64,000 nt of DNA from Euryarchaeota archaeon UBA463 (GCA_002501805.1 DAOI01000003.1:31261-95260), one strand, 5' to 3'; shown: positions 10,289 through 19,963, counted from the first letter of the stretch. Translations and numbers: made by a program. Notes: generated by a model from the sequence alone, not told the origin.

Positions 10289-11284
10289 TTGGTAGAGACA
10301 CGACTTACACAAGACGCTGGAATCGAATATCCAATTATCTGTGGAGCTATGTATCCATGCTCTAACCCAGAACTAGTCGCCGCCGCTTCAGAGGGAGGAG
10401 GAATTGCAATAGTACAACCAGTGTCCCTGACTATGGTGCACGGTTACAACAAGCCAGATACCAAAGAGGGCTTGAGGTCAGCTATTCGCCATATCAGGAC
10501 CATGACAACTAATCCAATAGGATTCAATGCACTAATAGAAAAAGGTAGTGAAAAGTATCTCCAGAGAATGTCCGAATGGATCGACATAGCTCTGGAAGAA
10601 GGAATAAGATTCTTTGTCACATCATTGGGAAAGCCCGATTGGGTTTGCGAGAGGGTCCATGCAAAAGGAGGCGTTGTATACCACGATGTAACTAACAGAA
10701 CGCACGCCATAAAGGGAATTGATTGTGGTGTGGATGGATTGATTTGTGTTAATAACAGGGCAGGAGGGCATCTAGGTGATCTTTCAATGGAGCAGATGTA
10801 TGAGGATCTGTCTGATCTTGGTGTCCCGCTTATCTGCGCTGGTGGGATTGGCAGTGAAAAGGAACTCATCGTTGCTATGGAGATGGGATATGATGGAGTA
10901 CAGATGGGTACGAGGTTCATTGCTACACACGAATGTACAACTCCACAGGATTACAAAGATGCCATAGTCAATGCGAAAGAGGAAGATATAACATGGACAA
11001 CAAAACTCACTGGTGTGCCTATTGCAGTCATAGAAACAAAAGGCTCCAAAAAGCATAGTAATTGGCTTATCAGGAGACTTCTAAAGAGTAGATTCAAGCA
11101 TCGAGTCAGGGTATTGATAACAGGTATCTCATTCTGGAGAATGAGATCATTAGCTAGGGGAAAGAAATCTTCAGCGAAAGATTTGTGGTCCGCTGGAAAA
11201 AGCGTTGAGACAGTAGATGATATAGAATCGGCAACATCAATCATGAGGAGTCTGGGGCATTCTCTGGAATCAAAGGATGCTTGA
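10289..11284 (+). CDS. Nitronate monooxygenase / FabK-like FMN-dependent enoyl reductase family protein
   Basis: N-terminus IEYPIICGAMYPCSNPELVAAASEGGGIAIV plus a glycine-rich FMN-binding region ICAGGIGSEKE. The start was moved to the TTG at 10289, just after the upstream stop. The track ORF starts at 10229 and overlaps. Confidence 0.7.
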   Translation: MVETRLTQDAGIEYPIICGAMYPCSNPELVAAASEGGGIAIVQPVSLTMVHGYNKPDTKEGLRSAIRHIRTMTTNPIGFNALIEKGSEKYLQRMSEWIDIALEEGIRFFVTSLGKPDWVCERVHAKGGVVYHDVTNRTHAIKGIDCGVDGLICVNNRAGGHLGDLSMEQMYEDLSDLGVPLICAGGIGSEKELIVAMEMGYDGVQMGTRFIATHECTTPQDYKDAIVNAKEEDITWTTKLTGVPIAVIETKGSKKHSNWLIRRLLKSRFKHRVRVLITGISFWRMRSLARGKKSSAKDLWSAGKSVETVDDIESATSIMRSLGHSLESKDA

Positions 11285-14200
11285 TCAGGAGTCCAAGTAT
11301 GCCAGCTTGTTAAGCTGTTGAAGATCACCAATTACGCCAAAACCAAACTCTTCTTCTAACGCTCTTGAGACTAGTTTGAAGTCGGAGTCCCTGGTTGCAA
11401 CAACTACACTTCCAACACCCACAGAGAAAGAATCGGCAATAACGGCGGCACTCTTCATTATATCACAATCCCCCTTCTCTGGGTAAATTGACTCCCCCCC
11501 TATCTCTGTTCTTGCGGGGATATCTTCCTTATGCTCCCTCTTATGCTGATCTACTACTCTGAAAATCTCTCTATGATTGGTCAGGAAAACTTCTAGATCT
11601 ATTTCATTGGAGACACTCTCCAGATTATCTCCGTCCCAGTTGTTGAAGATTGAAATTATGGAAGATACTCTCTCTTGTAGAAACTTCTCAGAGACAACCT
11701 CGTCCCATGACGACCTTTCAATATACACGTTTTCAAATAAGTCCAGAACTATATCAGGAGATTTAACACGATTCATGAACTCTCCCATTGCGGCCCTAGG
11801 AATATTCAGTAGCACGCGATCCTCCTTGGCAAGGGACCTCAACTTCCAGTGAAATGCCCTTTGCATCGTCCAATCAAAACTACCAAGGCTATCTGGAGAT
11901 AATTCTCTTAGTAAATCATCCTTGAGGGCATCTATCAGAATATTTGTATCCACCAACACCAAAGGCTTCAGGCCCAAGCTACCAAGGGTCTTTCTTTCCC
12001 TAACTGAAATCTTTCCCGACTGTCTCGTAAACAGATTCCTCTGAGTATTCTGCAGGATTTTCTTCTCCCTACCTTCGAACTCTCCAGATTTCAAAGCTCT
12101 CTCAAACATCCTAAGAGCTCTAATCGGACTCATTTCAGCAACTTGCTCAATAACAGTAACAATTGAAAAGGTATTTTTCTCCTTGGACCTCATTTCAGAA
12201 TCAAATCTCCTCTCAAGATCAGATCTCCTAGATTGCGATGAATGGCTCATCTTCATTATAGCCGCCATTACCCTGCCCTGGAAAGGATCTATTGGGAGTC
12301 CATGCTCAACAGGATACATTTTGATCGATTCCAGAGACTCGACGATAGAGGCACTATCTCCCTCGTCATCCCCGCTGCGCTGCTCGTTGCTTACATGTTC
12401 TATTACTCTCGATGTAGCTCCCAACTGATTCTTTTCTGTATGATCTTTACAGACATTGAGATACATTTTGAATCTGTTTGTTACTGAGGCAGAGAGAGTG
12501 GGATATGCATCAATAAGGGAAACCGCCTCCTTCCATCCTCCTCCATGTGCGAACGAAATCAGAGACCATCGGAGAAATATTGCGGATCTTTCAATATCTA
12601 TTTCCATCAGCTTGGAAGCCGCATCTTTGTACGCCCATGCCGAACCAATCAAATCACCACTCCTCTCTAGTAGAGCGGCCTTAACAATCTGGCATTCGGG
12701 ACTTTTACTATCATTCTCCCTATACCAGGAATCCAATGACTCAATGCCTACAGAGTGTTCGAAAACTAGGTCAGAGGCGAACCTTATTGTTCTCATAGAA
12801 ACGCTATCCGATGAAATCACTGATTCAAGAGAGGAAATAGCTTGGTCCCTACTGGGACCCTCCCCATTTTGGAGATTTACAGCTGCCCTATTGAGAATCA
12901 GTGCAGTTATGACCGCCTCGAAAAGCCTCCTCTCTAATAATGTCAAATCTGCATCGTTAACCGAATTAACTAACTTCTCTATTCTTACTTCCTTAACTAT
13001 TCCATCCCCTTCTGGCCCCAGAGCCATCCTAACCTCTTTCAGAGTCTTCAGTCCTTCAGAATCCAACTTATCATGAACCGCCTCAAGATTGCTGCTTATT
13101 CCATCAAGGAGAGAGATCAGGCCCACACACACCTCAGAAAGTACCCCGTCCCTCTCTGCCTCTTCTATTGATGCAAGAGCTACTCTTCTTGCTTCCAACA
13201 ATTTGGATGAAATCCCTACGGAGTCTTTTGCAGTAATCAAGTGCCACGACAACATGACACGAAATGGATACGCTCTCTGTAACGAAACCTCATCAATTAG
13301 CATGTCAGTTAGCCCCTTTATTTCTGCTGACATGGTAAACGACGATATGATCTCATCAGTATACCTGATTTGATCAATTTTGGAGAGAATACTAGCCGCC
13401 ATTGTCCTAACATGGGATGGAGAATTAGGATGAGAAAGAGCCAATCTGAGACACTCTTCATTGAGTTCTGGCAGGCCAGAGACTATGGAATCAAGTGAAA
13501 TCCCCGTAGAATCACTTGATATCATAGTCAAGCATGTCTTAAGTCCTCTGAGATCATTTACTGCCTTCCCTTCAATGTAGTTTAGAGCAGTAGAGAAATC
13601 TCCAGATTCAACGAGTCCTTCTGATGCTATCCAGGCTAACTTGGATGGAATGCTCCTACCACTCTCTTCGATAATAGAAACGCCCTCCATTGCTAATTCA
13701 AGAGTCATTTCCGTAGGATAAAGATCCACTCTGAGCCATCCTTCTATTTTGATTGCAGAAGATAACTTATCCTCCTCCTTCCTCTCGACAGTCAGGCTCC
13801 AGTCACAATCCTCCTCCTCTCTCAGAGAAATTAGAACACCAAGGTCCCTAGCCACTTCAGAACAGTCTCCTTCTATACTTTCTAACACTCTTCTGGCCCT
13901 ATCAGACTGAGCCGCAGCCAACAATAGGCCCTCAAGTAGCATCGCATCTCCTTCCAAGCCCATTAACGAAGGAGACATCCAATCTTCCCAAAGTTTACGT
14001 CGAGGATTTTTCCTCAAGTCTTTCTCAATCTTCTGAATAACTTTCAATTGTGAAGCTGAAAGTTTGAACGGTGCAACCAAATTCAACCAGCTTCTGAGTG
14101 ATTCGTTATCAGAATAATCTATCCTTGACCCGAATATCCACGGATCTCTTTCTCCAAAACTAGATTCAGGCTCCACAATCGGGAAAAGACCCAGTTCTGC

Positions 14201-14653
14201 CAGAAGGGGGGACTCTCTTGCAAGCCTCTCCCATACAGGATGAACTCCATTCCTACACTCCTGCCTTATCACATCCATCTCTTGATCCCAAGACGCCTTC
14301 CACTCATCTTTACCAAGCCTATTTTTTTGTGCTATGAGTACAGCAAGTCTGTATCCACAGGAATAACCACTGGAGATAGCAGCATCCGGTGAAGCGAGTT
14401 TATCCGAAGTCGTAGTAATCTTTCCACGACCCCCTCTTCTTCCTACTCTACGTGAGCGATTCTTTCTCATATTATCATCAGAGCCGACCATATCAACGGC
14501 CTCCTTACTAGCGGCAATCAAAGCAAGAGCCTTCCAACTCGGATCTTGTAGCAATGACCACGAGGGGGCATTAGTAAGCTTCTTTCTCCGTGTTGCTTCA
14601 TGGTCACCAGACCTGCTTAGTATCTCCAAACAGTCCAGAAGGTACTCCTCCAT
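11285..14653 (-). CDS. Large (1122 aa) protein: ~870-aa helical/repeat N-terminal region of unknown function plus a C-terminal split PIN-domain nuclease
   Basis: The C-terminus has KPLVLVDTNILIDAL (PIN acidic motif 1), then DCDIMKSAAVIADSF and VVVATRDSDF (PIN distal acidic motifs), separated by a ~200-aa insertion. No Walker motifs or other recognizable catalytic signature occur in the N-terminal 850 aa. Confidence 0.6.
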   Translation of the reverse strand: MEEYLLDCLEILSRSGDHEATRRKKLTNAPSWSLLQDPSWKALALIAASKEAVDMVGSDDNMRKNRSRRVGRRGGRGKITTTSDKLASPDAAISSGYSCGYRLAVLIAQKNRLGKDEWKASWDQEMDVIRQECRNGVHPVWERLARESPLLAELGLFPIVEPESSFGERDPWIFGSRIDYSDNESLRSWLNLVAPFKLSASQLKVIQKIEKDLRKNPRRKLWEDWMSPSLMGLEGDAMLLEGLLLAAAQSDRARRVLESIEGDCSEVARDLGVLISLREEEDCDWSLTVERKEEDKLSSAIKIEGWLRVDLYPTEMTLELAMEGVSIIEESGRSIPSKLAWIASEGLVESGDFSTALNYIEGKAVNDLRGLKTCLTMISSDSTGISLDSIVSGLPELNEECLRLALSHPNSPSHVRTMAASILSKIDQIRYTDEIISSFTMSAEIKGLTDMLIDEVSLQRAYPFRVMLSWHLITAKDSVGISSKLLEARRVALASIEEAERDGVLSEVCVGLISLLDGISSNLEAVHDKLDSEGLKTLKEVRMALGPEGDGIVKEVRIEKLVNSVNDADLTLLERRLFEAVITALILNRAAVNLQNGEGPSRDQAISSLESVISSDSVSMRTIRFASDLVFEHSVGIESLDSWYRENDSKSPECQIVKAALLERSGDLIGSAWAYKDAASKLMEIDIERSAIFLRWSLISFAHGGGWKEAVSLIDAYPTLSASVTNRFKMYLNVCKDHTEKNQLGATSRVIEHVSNEQRSGDDEGDSASIVESLESIKMYPVEHGLPIDPFQGRVMAAIMKMSHSSQSRRSDLERRFDSEMRSKEKNTFSIVTVIEQVAEMSPIRALRMFERALKSGEFEGREKKILQNTQRNLFTRQSGKISVRERKTLGSLGLKPLVLVDTNILIDALKDDLLRELSPDSLGSFDWTMQRAFHWKLRSLAKEDRVLLNIPRAAMGEFMNRVKSPDIVLDLFENVYIERSSWDEVVSEKFLQERVSSIISIFNNWDGDNLESVSNEIDLEVFLTNHREIFRVVDQHKREHKEDIPARTEIGGESIYPEKGDCDIMKSAAVIADSFSVGVGSVVVATRDSDFKLVSRALEEEFGFGVIGDLQQLNKLAYLDS

Positions 14654-14756
14654 AGCACAACCCCGCCTCTCGGCCTATGCGCGCTGTACATCAACACATC
14701 GCCTTAGTAGTCTACGCGTCAGTAGAGGAAATAAGCAATCACGCCTCGGGCGATAC

Positions 14757-15233
14757 ATGGATTTTATCAGAGTGGCAATTCTGATGATTCATCCAATACT
14801 GGCTCTCGCCTTGATATGGGCATTCATGAAACAAAGGTCTTGGAGAAGAGAAAGAGAGGGCCTACGGGGAGATGAAAGGACTTCAGCTCTGAATGAACAC
14901 GAAAAATCAGGAAACAGAATAATGGCATATCTCATTTTTGTTATCTCGATCGCATTTATTGCACAGATTGTAGAGGCTATTATCTCTGGTCAAAGTAATG
15001 AACAAGCACTAAAACAACTGATTCCCAATCATTACCATGGCTGGGCTGGAATTCTAGCTCTTGCACTCATGGGGTCATTATGGTATCTGGGCAGAAAGAC
15101 CAGCTCATTGAGAAGAGAAGGAGAGAATATTGCAAAAACTCGAGACTTGCACGGAAGATTAGGAGATGTAATGGCCGTGTTGGTAATCATCCATGCATTC
15201 CTAGGATTCTTATACCTACTTCAGATAATCTGA
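14757..15233 (+). CDS. Small integral membrane protein (about 4 TM helices; DUF4079-like)
   Basis: 158 aa with four hydrophobic segments (ILMIHPILALALIWAF, AYLIFVISIAFIAQIV, AGILALALMGSLWYL, VMAVLVIIHAFLGFLYLL). Confidence 0.45.
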   Translation: MDFIRVAILMIHPILALALIWAFMKQRSWRREREGLRGDERTSALNEHEKSGNRIMAYLIFVISIAFIAQIVEAIISGQSNEQALKQLIPNHYHGWAGILALALMGSLWYLGRKTSSLRREGENIAKTRDLHGRLGDVMAVLVIIHAFLGFLYLLQII

Positions 15234-15776
15234 CTATCTCTTACCAGGCTTCCAGAATTGAAGCGGAAGTGGCAACTCTTCTTTCATTGCTCTGAAAGCT
15301 AAATGGTCAGCACGCTCATTCCACCTGTGCCCCTCATGAGCCCTTACATGCTCCGTTGAAATAATAAAAGAGGAATCCACCTCTTCCCAGAGTGAACGAA
15401 CTCTGGTTGCTAGCTCCCTGTTAGCCTTAGCCTTCCATTTACCCGTCCCTATGTTCATGGCATACTCAGAATCTCCTCTGATCACTATTTTGCCCGAATC
15501 AAGATTCTTGAGAATCCAGATAAGTGAGTGAGCGAAAGCACTCAGCTCAGCAGTATTGTTTGAACCAACACTGGCTCCGATGTACCCCTCATCAAGTGGG
15601 TTTGTGACCACTACCCCACTCTTCTCGTTAACAACCTCTCCGTGTCCCCTGCCAATCCCGTTATCCCCGCTCACTACACAGAAACCCCATCCAGCGGGAG
15701 TCTCGGAGGTTACATTCCTGTTCTCGCCACACGAACCATCGAAGTAGATGTAAGTGGACGAGCCCCTCATCTTCAT
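15234..15776 (-). CDS. rnhA: Ribonuclease HI
   Basis: RNase H type 1 signature: YFDGSC, TNNTAELSA, IRGDSEY, and the C-terminal H-x-NE-AD block (HVRAHEGHRWNERADHLA). Confidence 0.8.
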   Translation of the reverse strand: MKMRGSSTYIYFDGSCGENRNVTSETPAGWGFCVVSGDNGIGRGHGEVVNEKSGVVVTNPLDEGYIGASVGSNNTAELSAFAHSLIWILKNLDSGKIVIRGDSEYAMNIGTGKWKAKANRELATRVRSLWEEVDSSFIISTEHVRAHEGHRWNERADHLAFRAMKEELPLPLQFWKPGKR

Positions 15777-16156
15777 TCCTCTATGAGCCCACGATAAGTA
15801 GTCCCATCTAGCAAAGACGCAAGCTCGGAATTATCAGAAATAGACATTTTACAAATCCAACCCTCCCCATAAGGATCTTCATTGATCAGCTCGGGAGAGT
15901 CCTCTAAAGACTCATTGATCTCGATAACTTCACCACTTATTGGAGCGTAAATCTCACTAACCGACTTTACAGACTCCACACTAGCGAATGAGTCCATCGA
16001 ACCAACAACGGCACCCATTTCAGGTAGCTCTACCCATACAACATCAGTAAGGGCGTTCTGCGCATAGTCCGTAACCCCTATGACCACTGAATCTCCCTCG
16101 ACCCTAATCCACTCATGTTCCTTGGTATATCTTAGCTCCTCAGGTACCTCGCTCAT
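15773..16156 (-). CDS. gcvH: Glycine cleavage system H protein
   Basis: 127 aa. YTKEHEWIRVEGD, lipoyl-lysine context SVESVKSVSEIYAPISGEV, DPYGEGW. Confidence 0.85.
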   Translation of the reverse strand: MSEVPEELRYTKEHEWIRVEGDSVVIGVTDYAQNALTDVVWVELPEMGAVVGSMDSFASVESVKSVSEIYAPISGEVIEINESLEDSPELINEDPYGEGWICKMSISDNSELASLLDGTTYRGLIEE

Positions 16157-16208
16157 TCTCTCACCCGGCTTTACGAGGGCGACCTAGCAGTCAACCTTTC
16201 GTTTCTGC

Positions 16209-16589
16209 CTACTCCTCTTCGAGGCTCCTCTCTAAGTGTACTTTCTCTAATTCTGCCCAGGCTCCGCCCATTTTTTCGACACCAGCCTCGTCTTGCTCTC
16301 GTTTTAGTCTGGATACCATCTCATCTTCGGGTTCTCTACTTATCCAAGAGTCAAGAAAGAAACCCCCATGCTCTCTACCATCAGCTCTCCTCATTGCAAA
16401 AATTATCAATCCACAAATGGCCGCTAATGCAGGGAATGCAAACGATCTATTGTCCTCATTTGAAAAATCCTCATCTAGAATGACTAGGCTACCATCACCA
16501 ATCGATATTGAGGTGAGAAAAACCATGGATATCAGTACACCCAGCAAGACTCTCTTGAGTCGGATAGAGGGGGAGCTCATGATAATCAA
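16209..16589 (-). CDS. Hypothetical small membrane/secreted protein
   Basis: 126 aa with an N-terminal hydrophobic segment and a second TM segment. No recognizable domain. Confidence 0.35.
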   Translation of the reverse strand: MIIMSSPSIRLKRVLLGVLISMVFLTSISIGDGSLVILDEDFSNEDNRSFAFPALAAICGLIIFAMRRADGREHGGFFLDSWISREPEDEMVSRLKREQDEAGVEKMGGAWAELEKVHLERSLEEE

Positions 16590-16619
16590 CAGGGGGTTCA
16601 GCGAATCAACTTCTCCATC

Positions 16620-17204
16620 TCAATAGTCCTGTTGGATTAGTTTCAGTATCTTATAGGGGAGGAGCGCTCTGTTAACAGGAGTGACTTCCAGAATACGTCC
16701 ATCGTCCCTCCTCCTGATGTCTTGGAGTAGTGGATGACGACTCTTTTTGTGAAGGGTCAGAAGAGAGGGCATGTCGTACTTTAGCGCCTCACGAACCGCG
16801 GATACAAAGCCCTCGCTTTCTACGGTAAACTTCCCAACTTCGTCAATCACCAAGTATTGACAATTACCAATCGCATTCAGAATCGCGGGAACCCCAACCC
16901 TATCAATCTCACTGGGGTCAATACCGTATCCGAGTACCCTATGACGCGAGTTAATCTCCTTGTGAGCCATTATGCCCCTCTCTCCGGTTACGATATCGAC
17001 GCAAGCATAGCCAACCCTCTCGCCATTCTCAATTATTGCCTCTGATCTCATACCCGCAATCACAGGAATTCCGACAGACGCAGAACTCTCTTCTTCGATC
17101 ATTTTGACGACCTTATCGAGAACTGCTGACTTGCCCGATCTAGGCAGTCCAGTTATTCCAATCTTAGGATTGATGCCCATTAGCTCCACTCTTCCATGAC
17201 ACAC
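16620..17204 (-). CDS. Nucleoside-triphosphatase THEP1-like P-loop NTPase
   Basis: Walker A GITGLPRSGKS, Walker B-like YLVIDEVGKF, and ~190 aa overall, as in THEP1/MJ1559 NTPases. Confidence 0.6.
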   Translation of the reverse strand: MCHGRVELMGINPKIGITGLPRSGKSAVLDKVVKMIEEESSASVGIPVIAGMRSEAIIENGERVGYACVDIVTGERGIMAHKEINSRHRVLGYGIDPSEIDRVGVPAILNAIGNCQYLVIDEVGKFTVESEGFVSAVREALKYDMPSLLTLHKKSRHPLLQDIRRRDDGRILEVTPVNRALLPYKILKLIQQDY

Positions 17205-17322
17205 TTACGTGATAGTACGACTAGTGTAGGATAAGCAACGATAATAGTCTATTCGGTTAATTACGTCTAATTCTTCCCCACAACGGAAATCTATTTCCGC
17301 TTTATTGATAGTTGTGCCTTGA

Positions 17323-19299
17323 CTATATTGAAAATGCCAACTCGTCTTCCGGAACAGGGAAAGGAAGGCTCTCTATCTCGTAGTTGTTCACGTTATTATT
17401 TGCCCCCCATGCTCTTGACCAAATCTCCAAGTCCTCAGAATTCAAGACCTTACAAAGCCACTCCAAACCAACAAGTAGCGAACCCCCTCCCTTGCCAACC
17501 AAAGAATCGATTACATTCTCCGAGAACTCAAGATAGTTCACTGAGTTACCCAATACGCAGCCATCAGGGATAACCGCCCAGCGAAGACGCCTATCGTTGT
17601 TTGACCCCAATATGGCTTGGCAAGCAATCCTAGGGCCAGTTGGAGAGTTACTATCCCCATTCCAGGATGAGTGAGATCTCTGAATTGCACCCTCCTCGAC
17701 ATCATTATCAAATGCTGGATGATGAAGGCAAACTTCACCATCCATTACCATGAAGTGAGCATTTCGAATGAAAGGTATTTCTGAACTTCCGTCCGACCAG
17801 TCCCCAATAAATTCTGACCATGCACTCTGGTCAATTTCACCGACTCTAACTCTAACAGAACTTCCATCCGGATTCAGCCAGTTGCCCTCTTCCGACAGCC
17901 TAGGTTTATCTGCTAATCTACCAATCGCCTCGATAACTTTCTTTCTATCAAATGAATCTATTGGCATTCTAGGAACTGCCCAAGTAGCATCAGTCCATGA
18001 AGACCAAGAACCCCTTTCCAAATCTATAGAGGGTGAAGACCTCGAGAGGCCCACCTCAGGAGAAATATCATTCGCGGTTAAAGGTCCGTAGCTTACCATC
18101 TTCTGAGTCTTGCCGCCTACAGCCAGTCCCAACACTGCTACCCCTTGGGTTATGCCAGGGAACACTCTATTTGGATCAGGGAATGACCAAGTAGAGAACC
18201 ACTCATTGCTTTCAACCAATAGCTTTCTCAGGGGCGCACTACTTCTCTCCCTGAGCAGAGAATCTGGAACGATCATTCTAATCCTGCCCTCTTCGCCGAC
18301 GAGTTGCATCGACCTCTCGAGAAATAATCTGTACATATTCACATTTCCACGGAGTGCGGAATATCTCAGACTGCCATCGTAATCTGTTGCATTCCTTAAC
18401 TTACTGGAAAGATCCTTTCGAAGCCGACTCCCTTCTTCATGGCCCCTGAATCTATCTTTTATCCTAATCCAGGGTGGTCTACTAATCAGTAGCTTGGGGC
18501 TCTCATTCCATGGCCACTCGCCGAGAAGTGGATCCCCTTCGAGGACATTGCTTTCAAGAATCATTTCAGCCTCAGCACGACCAATCATCTGACTCCTACT
18601 ATCTCCAGACAGATCCACCAATCCAGCCTTCCCTAGAGTGATGAGTATTCTCCTTCTAGCCGCTTCCACGGCAAGTCCCGAGAAACCCATCAGCTGCAAG
18701 CCCTCTAGCAACCTCAAAGTATCAGTACATCTATTCTCAGCAGAAAGGACTTCTATTCTCTGTGCATGGAGCCTTATCAATTGTGATACAACCAACCCCG
18801 CACCACAACTAGGATCAGCGAAAGGCAGAGGGATTCCAGAGCTAGTCTTCTCCGAACTGTCAGAATAGTCATCTTCTCCTAAGATTGACGAGGCTTCGTT
18901 GTTCAATCTCTGAGCATAGTCTCTGAATGCCGGAGGAATAGCAGACAGAGACAGGGTCGGAGGAGCCTCCTTCTTCTTGCTGCGACCTCCACTGGAAAGC
19001 TCATCTGCCAGAACCGATCCAACAAGCCTAGATGGAGTTGAGTAAGCCCCCTTAGGAGAGCGTCCGTCTTTAACTGCTTCAAATCTTGCCAGTAGCTTTT
19101 CCAAAACCACGCCGGGGTCGGTCAGTAGACCTGCAGGAAGGGTTGGCCACGTGTTGGGCAGAGATGCAGCAATCGGTGTTCCCGATATCACAGAAGACTC
19201 CCAGAAATCCAACCAACATCTGATTTGCATCACTCTATCAGGACAAGCCTGATCTAGCCTTGCATACCAACCTGCTGCTTCACTAACCATTAATCTCAC
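17323..19299 (-). CDS. N6-adenine DNA methyltransferase-like protein (Eco57I/gamma-class motifs) with a non-canonical catalytic motif IV
   Basis: Motif X KGAYSTPSRLVGSVL, motif I PFADPSCGAGLVVSQL, and at the motif IV position LLISRPPWIRI (codons AGT AGA CCA CCC TGG) instead of (N/D/S)PP(Y/F/W). A ~330-aa C-terminal region of unknown function follows. No nuclease domain was recognized. Confidence 0.55.
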   Translation of the reverse strand: MRLMVSEAAGWYARLDQACPDRVMQIRCWLDFWESSVISGTPIAASLPNTWPTLPAGLLTDPGVVLEKLLARFEAVKDGRSPKGAYSTPSRLVGSVLADELSSGGRSKKKEAPPTLSLSAIPPAFRDYAQRLNNEASSILGEDDYSDSSEKTSSGIPLPFADPSCGAGLVVSQLIRLHAQRIEVLSAENRCTDTLRLLEGLQLMGFSGLAVEAARRRILITLGKAGLVDLSGDSRSQMIGRAEAEMILESNVLEGDPLLGEWPWNESPKLLISRPPWIRIKDRFRGHEEGSRLRKDLSSKLRNATDYDGSLRYSALRGNVNMYRLFLERSMQLVGEEGRIRMIVPDSLLRERSSAPLRKLLVESNEWFSTWSFPDPNRVFPGITQGVAVLGLAVGGKTQKMVSYGPLTANDISPEVGLSRSSPSIDLERGSWSSWTDATWAVPRMPIDSFDRKKVIEAIGRLADKPRLSEEGNWLNPDGSSVRVRVGEIDQSAWSEFIGDWSDGSSEIPFIRNAHFMVMDGEVCLHHPAFDNDVEEGAIQRSHSSWNGDSNSPTGPRIACQAILGSNNDRRLRWAVIPDGCVLGNSVNYLEFSENVIDSLVGKGGGSLLVGLEWLCKVLNSEDLEIWSRAWGANNNVNNYEIESLPFPVPEDELAFSI

Positions 19300-19354
19300 T
19301 CTAGGGAAATCATCAACCTGTTTTGAAAGGTTGTATATTTGTTAAGAGAATTGC

Positions 19355-19963
19355 TTATCCACTGAGAGAGAAGGAGTCCTCTTCAATCTCGATAATAAGC
19401 TCGCTCTGAAGGAGCCAAGTTATCGCTTCGTCAAGATCATCCACTCTAATGCCGAGAGGGATAAGGTTGCCCATCAAAGAGTCGAAATGGACGGGAGCTG
19501 GTCCTTCTAGTGAGCGGAGCTCTAGTAATCCTAGGACATGCTCTGAAACAATAGCCAGCAACGGATCGTCTCCTACATCTAAAGATCCGAAATGGACCGC
19601 AGCCTCCCCTTCCTGACTCGTTTCAGAATCTTTTTCTTTCGACTTACTGCTTATTTCGTAAATATCAAATAGGTTTTTTTGATGAGGATCCTCAATCCCC
19701 GTTCCAACCACTTCACGCTGCCTTTTCAGCCTCTTTACGAGAGTCTCTATTCTGTGAAGACGTTGCTCTAAACGCAACCTCTCTCTTCCCAAGTGACTCT
19801 CGACTAACTCAAGCTCTTCCAACGCTCTTTCGTCCAGCCACGAAGACAAATCCCAAGAAGGATCCAACCTCAGCATGGTCTCCCAGAGCCTAGCCACAGA
19901 TTCTGGGAGTGTCCTAACGTCTATCCGTGGACTTTCCCTACCATCTTCGGGCGCGCGCTCCAT
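19355..19963 (-). CDS. Hypothetical protein with a central coiled-coil, upstream of and co-oriented with the MTase-like gene
   Basis: 202 aa with a heptad-like stretch LEQRLHRIETLVKRLKRQ. It lies 55 bp upstream of the MTase-like ORF on the same strand. No family recognized. Confidence 0.4.
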   Translation of the reverse strand: MERAPEDGRESPRIDVRTLPESVARLWETMLRLDPSWDLSSWLDERALEELELVESHLGRERLRLEQRLHRIETLVKRLKRQREVVGTGIEDPHQKNLFDIYEISSKSKEKDSETSQEGEAAVHFGSLDVGDDPLLAIVSEHVLGLLELRSLEGPAPVHFDSLMGNLIPLGIRVDDLDEAITWLLQSELIIEIEEDSFSLSG

